This document shows, piece after piece, positions 24,012 through 25,485 of a stretch of 25,485 nt of DNA. This DNA comes from a virus. The stretch's first letter is position 1, and each line of letters starts with the position of its first letter. The translations under genes and the position numbers were made by a program. The stretch lies in IMG/VR virus record IMGVR_UViG_3300020152_000019. One strand, written 5' to 3'. The notes beneath the pieces were generated by a model, which saw only the letters and a program-made list of their open reading frames with translations, was not told where the DNA came from and did no database searches.

Positions 24012-24581
24012 ATGGAAAAGCCACAGTCTAACCTTCTGTTTATTGATCGTAATAATTACGTCAGTATTCTAGATAAAAAATTTAACTTAGATGATTTAGT
24101 AGAAACGATTGCTGGTAAGAAGATGAACGAGCGTTTATCTCCTCTGACTACTGCAATCATTTACGAAATTAATGGAAAGCTGCACAAAGCTTTCTTTGAT
24201 AGTTATTTCTATAACGAAAATAGATGGTCTCTATTTGCTCAACTCAGTAACACTGATGTAAAGTATGTAGAGCATTATACGAAAGATTCTCTTGTTAAGA
24301 GCCACGACCAAACAGCTTGTATTGGAATTGTAGGCTGTAATAGCGAAGAGAAAAAATACTATGAACTTATTCCTCTTTCGAATAACGATATCCTCGTTGT
24401 TTTTGAGGAAGCCTTCTTTGATATTACTACAGAGTCTAAGGACAGATTAAAAGAATTTGTTCTAGATTGCCTCTGTCATCAATATAGATTTAACTCTAAT
24501 TTAGAGTTATTAATGAAATTATATCTTAGCCTTCAAATAAACGACACTTACCTCGATATGGTCAAGCTTCGTTTTAATTAA
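24012..24581 (+). CDS. hypothetical protein
   Basis: 189 aa, AGGAG RBS. Confidence 0.8.
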   Translation: MEKPQSNLLFIDRNNYVSILDKKFNLDDLVETIAGKKMNERLSPLTTAIIYEINGKLHKAFFDSYFYNENRWSLFAQLSNTDVKYVEHYTKDSLVKSHDQTACIGIVGCNSEEKKYYELIPLSNNDILVVFEEAFFDITTESKDRLKEFVLDCLCHQYRFNSNLELLMKLYLSLQINDTYLDMVKLRFN

Positions 24582-24619
24582 ACAATTTCGTAGTAAACTT
24601 TTTTATTTAGGAGTCAAGT

Positions 24620-25485
24620 ATGTCCGCTCACAAACTGTTAGGTGGCAAGAAAGTCACTACCGTAGATCCGATTGCTAACCTCACTGAGAAAGTTAGTCAA
24701 ATTGCTGCTTCCCGTTCGTTTAGCGACGAGAAGATCGGCACGATGGCTATTGCCTCTGAATCGCTCGACCAGAATGGCGAACAACTGTTGACGAACGTCT
24801 ATAACAACATCGAAACCACGATGAAGACGATCGCTACCGATTTCAACATGTCGCTGGAAGCTCACCAAATCGAATCCGCTGCTTTCGCTGGTATCTTCGG
24901 TACTAACCCGAAGGCTATGCTTGGCGCGAAACCGAAGGGCTTTGCTTCTGACGTGACCATGATGGTTCCGAGTGTTGCTGATGGCTTCCTGGAGCGTCCG
25001 CAAGTGTCGATGGAAGCTTACGACGAGCGTGACAACCGTAATGCTCAACTGTATTCGATCATTTATAACCTGCTGGCTTCGCGTCAAGATGATTTCGGTG
25101 AGACCTTCTTCCCGACGCTGGTTGTTAACCCGAACGAAGTTGGCGTGACCCTGGCTGTTAAGCTGTTCTACGTGTACAACGACTTCAAGCGTTCGGTCAA
25201 TGGCTCGCTGGCTAACTATGGTCGTAAGAGCGTTATCCGTGCTTACGCTGACGCTGACATCCTGAAGAACGAACTGACCAAGGTCGTTCCGGTTCTGCGT
25301 GACGGCGGTGGTGCTGATGACAACACCGACAAGTTCGTTGACGTGGATGTTGTTCCGGCATGGGCTGACAATCTGGGTGTGAACGTGTCTGTGAAGACCG
25401 GCGCTCTGAAGGTGGACCAGAAGGTTGATCTGATCGGTATTTCGCAAACCAATGAACTGCTGAACAGTGGTATCATGGGTCCGTC
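24620..25485 (+). CDS. major capsid protein precursor, phiKZ gp120-like (3'-truncated by the window edge; not in ORF track)
   Basis: AGGAG RBS; frame open to the window end: MSAHKLLGG...VSME-AYDERDNRNAQLYSIIYNLLASRQDDFGETFFPTLVVNP...RKSVIRAY...VDLIGISQT. The N...SRQD.FGE.F.PT motif is typical of phiKZ-like MCPs; strong high-expression codon bias. Confidence 0.88.
   Translation, partial: MSAHKLLGGKKVTTVDPIANLTEKVSQIAASRSFSDEKIGTMAIASESLDQNGEQLLTNVYNNIETTMKTIATDFNMSLEAHQIESAAFAGIFGTNPKAMLGAKPKGFASDVTMMVPSVADGFLERPQVSMEAYDERDNRNAQLYSIIYNLLASRQDDFGETFFPTLVVNPNEVGVTLAVKLFYVYNDFKRSVNGSLANYGRKSVIRAYADADILKNELTKVVPVLRDGGGADDNTDKFVDVDVVPAWADNLGVNVSVKTGALKVDQKVDLIGISQTNELLNSGIMGP

Noticed and set aside
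24638-25447. 269-aa minus-strand ORF
   Set aside because: Antisense shadow of the strongly codon-biased capsid gene on the + strand.
1-25485. CRISPR array or stop-codon reassignment
   Set aside because: There are no regularly spaced repeats, and genes tile densely under the standard code with intact known enzymes.

Overview
AT-rich, almost entirely + strand segment of a phiKZ-like (Chimalliviridae-type) jumbo phage genome. The main evidence is the start of a phiKZ gp120-like major capsid gene at the right edge (24620 onward, absent from the ORF track), together with a repeated phage-specific promoter motif. Most of the window is accessory/early modules (terminator, conserved promoter, RBS, short ORFs). 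Recognisable genes are DHFR, dCTP deaminase, class II ribonucleotide reductase NrdJ, an SLT lytic transglycosylase, an ADP-ribosyltransferase-like protein, an acyl carrier protein homologue lacking its phosphopantetheine serine, and DUF3175- and DUF1653-like proteins. The best-supported unusual element is a tRNA-Ile2(CAU) gene split between U33 and C34 by a compact 247-nt group I intron with no ORF, preceded by a truncated second copy of the tRNA 5' end. Other points of interest are several structured non-coding RNA candidates (5680-5745, 10760-10844, 19446-19563), a fixed-spacing bipartite promoter in six copies, and terminators sharing a CTAC/GTAG stem core. All family calls come from motif recognition by eye; no searches were run.
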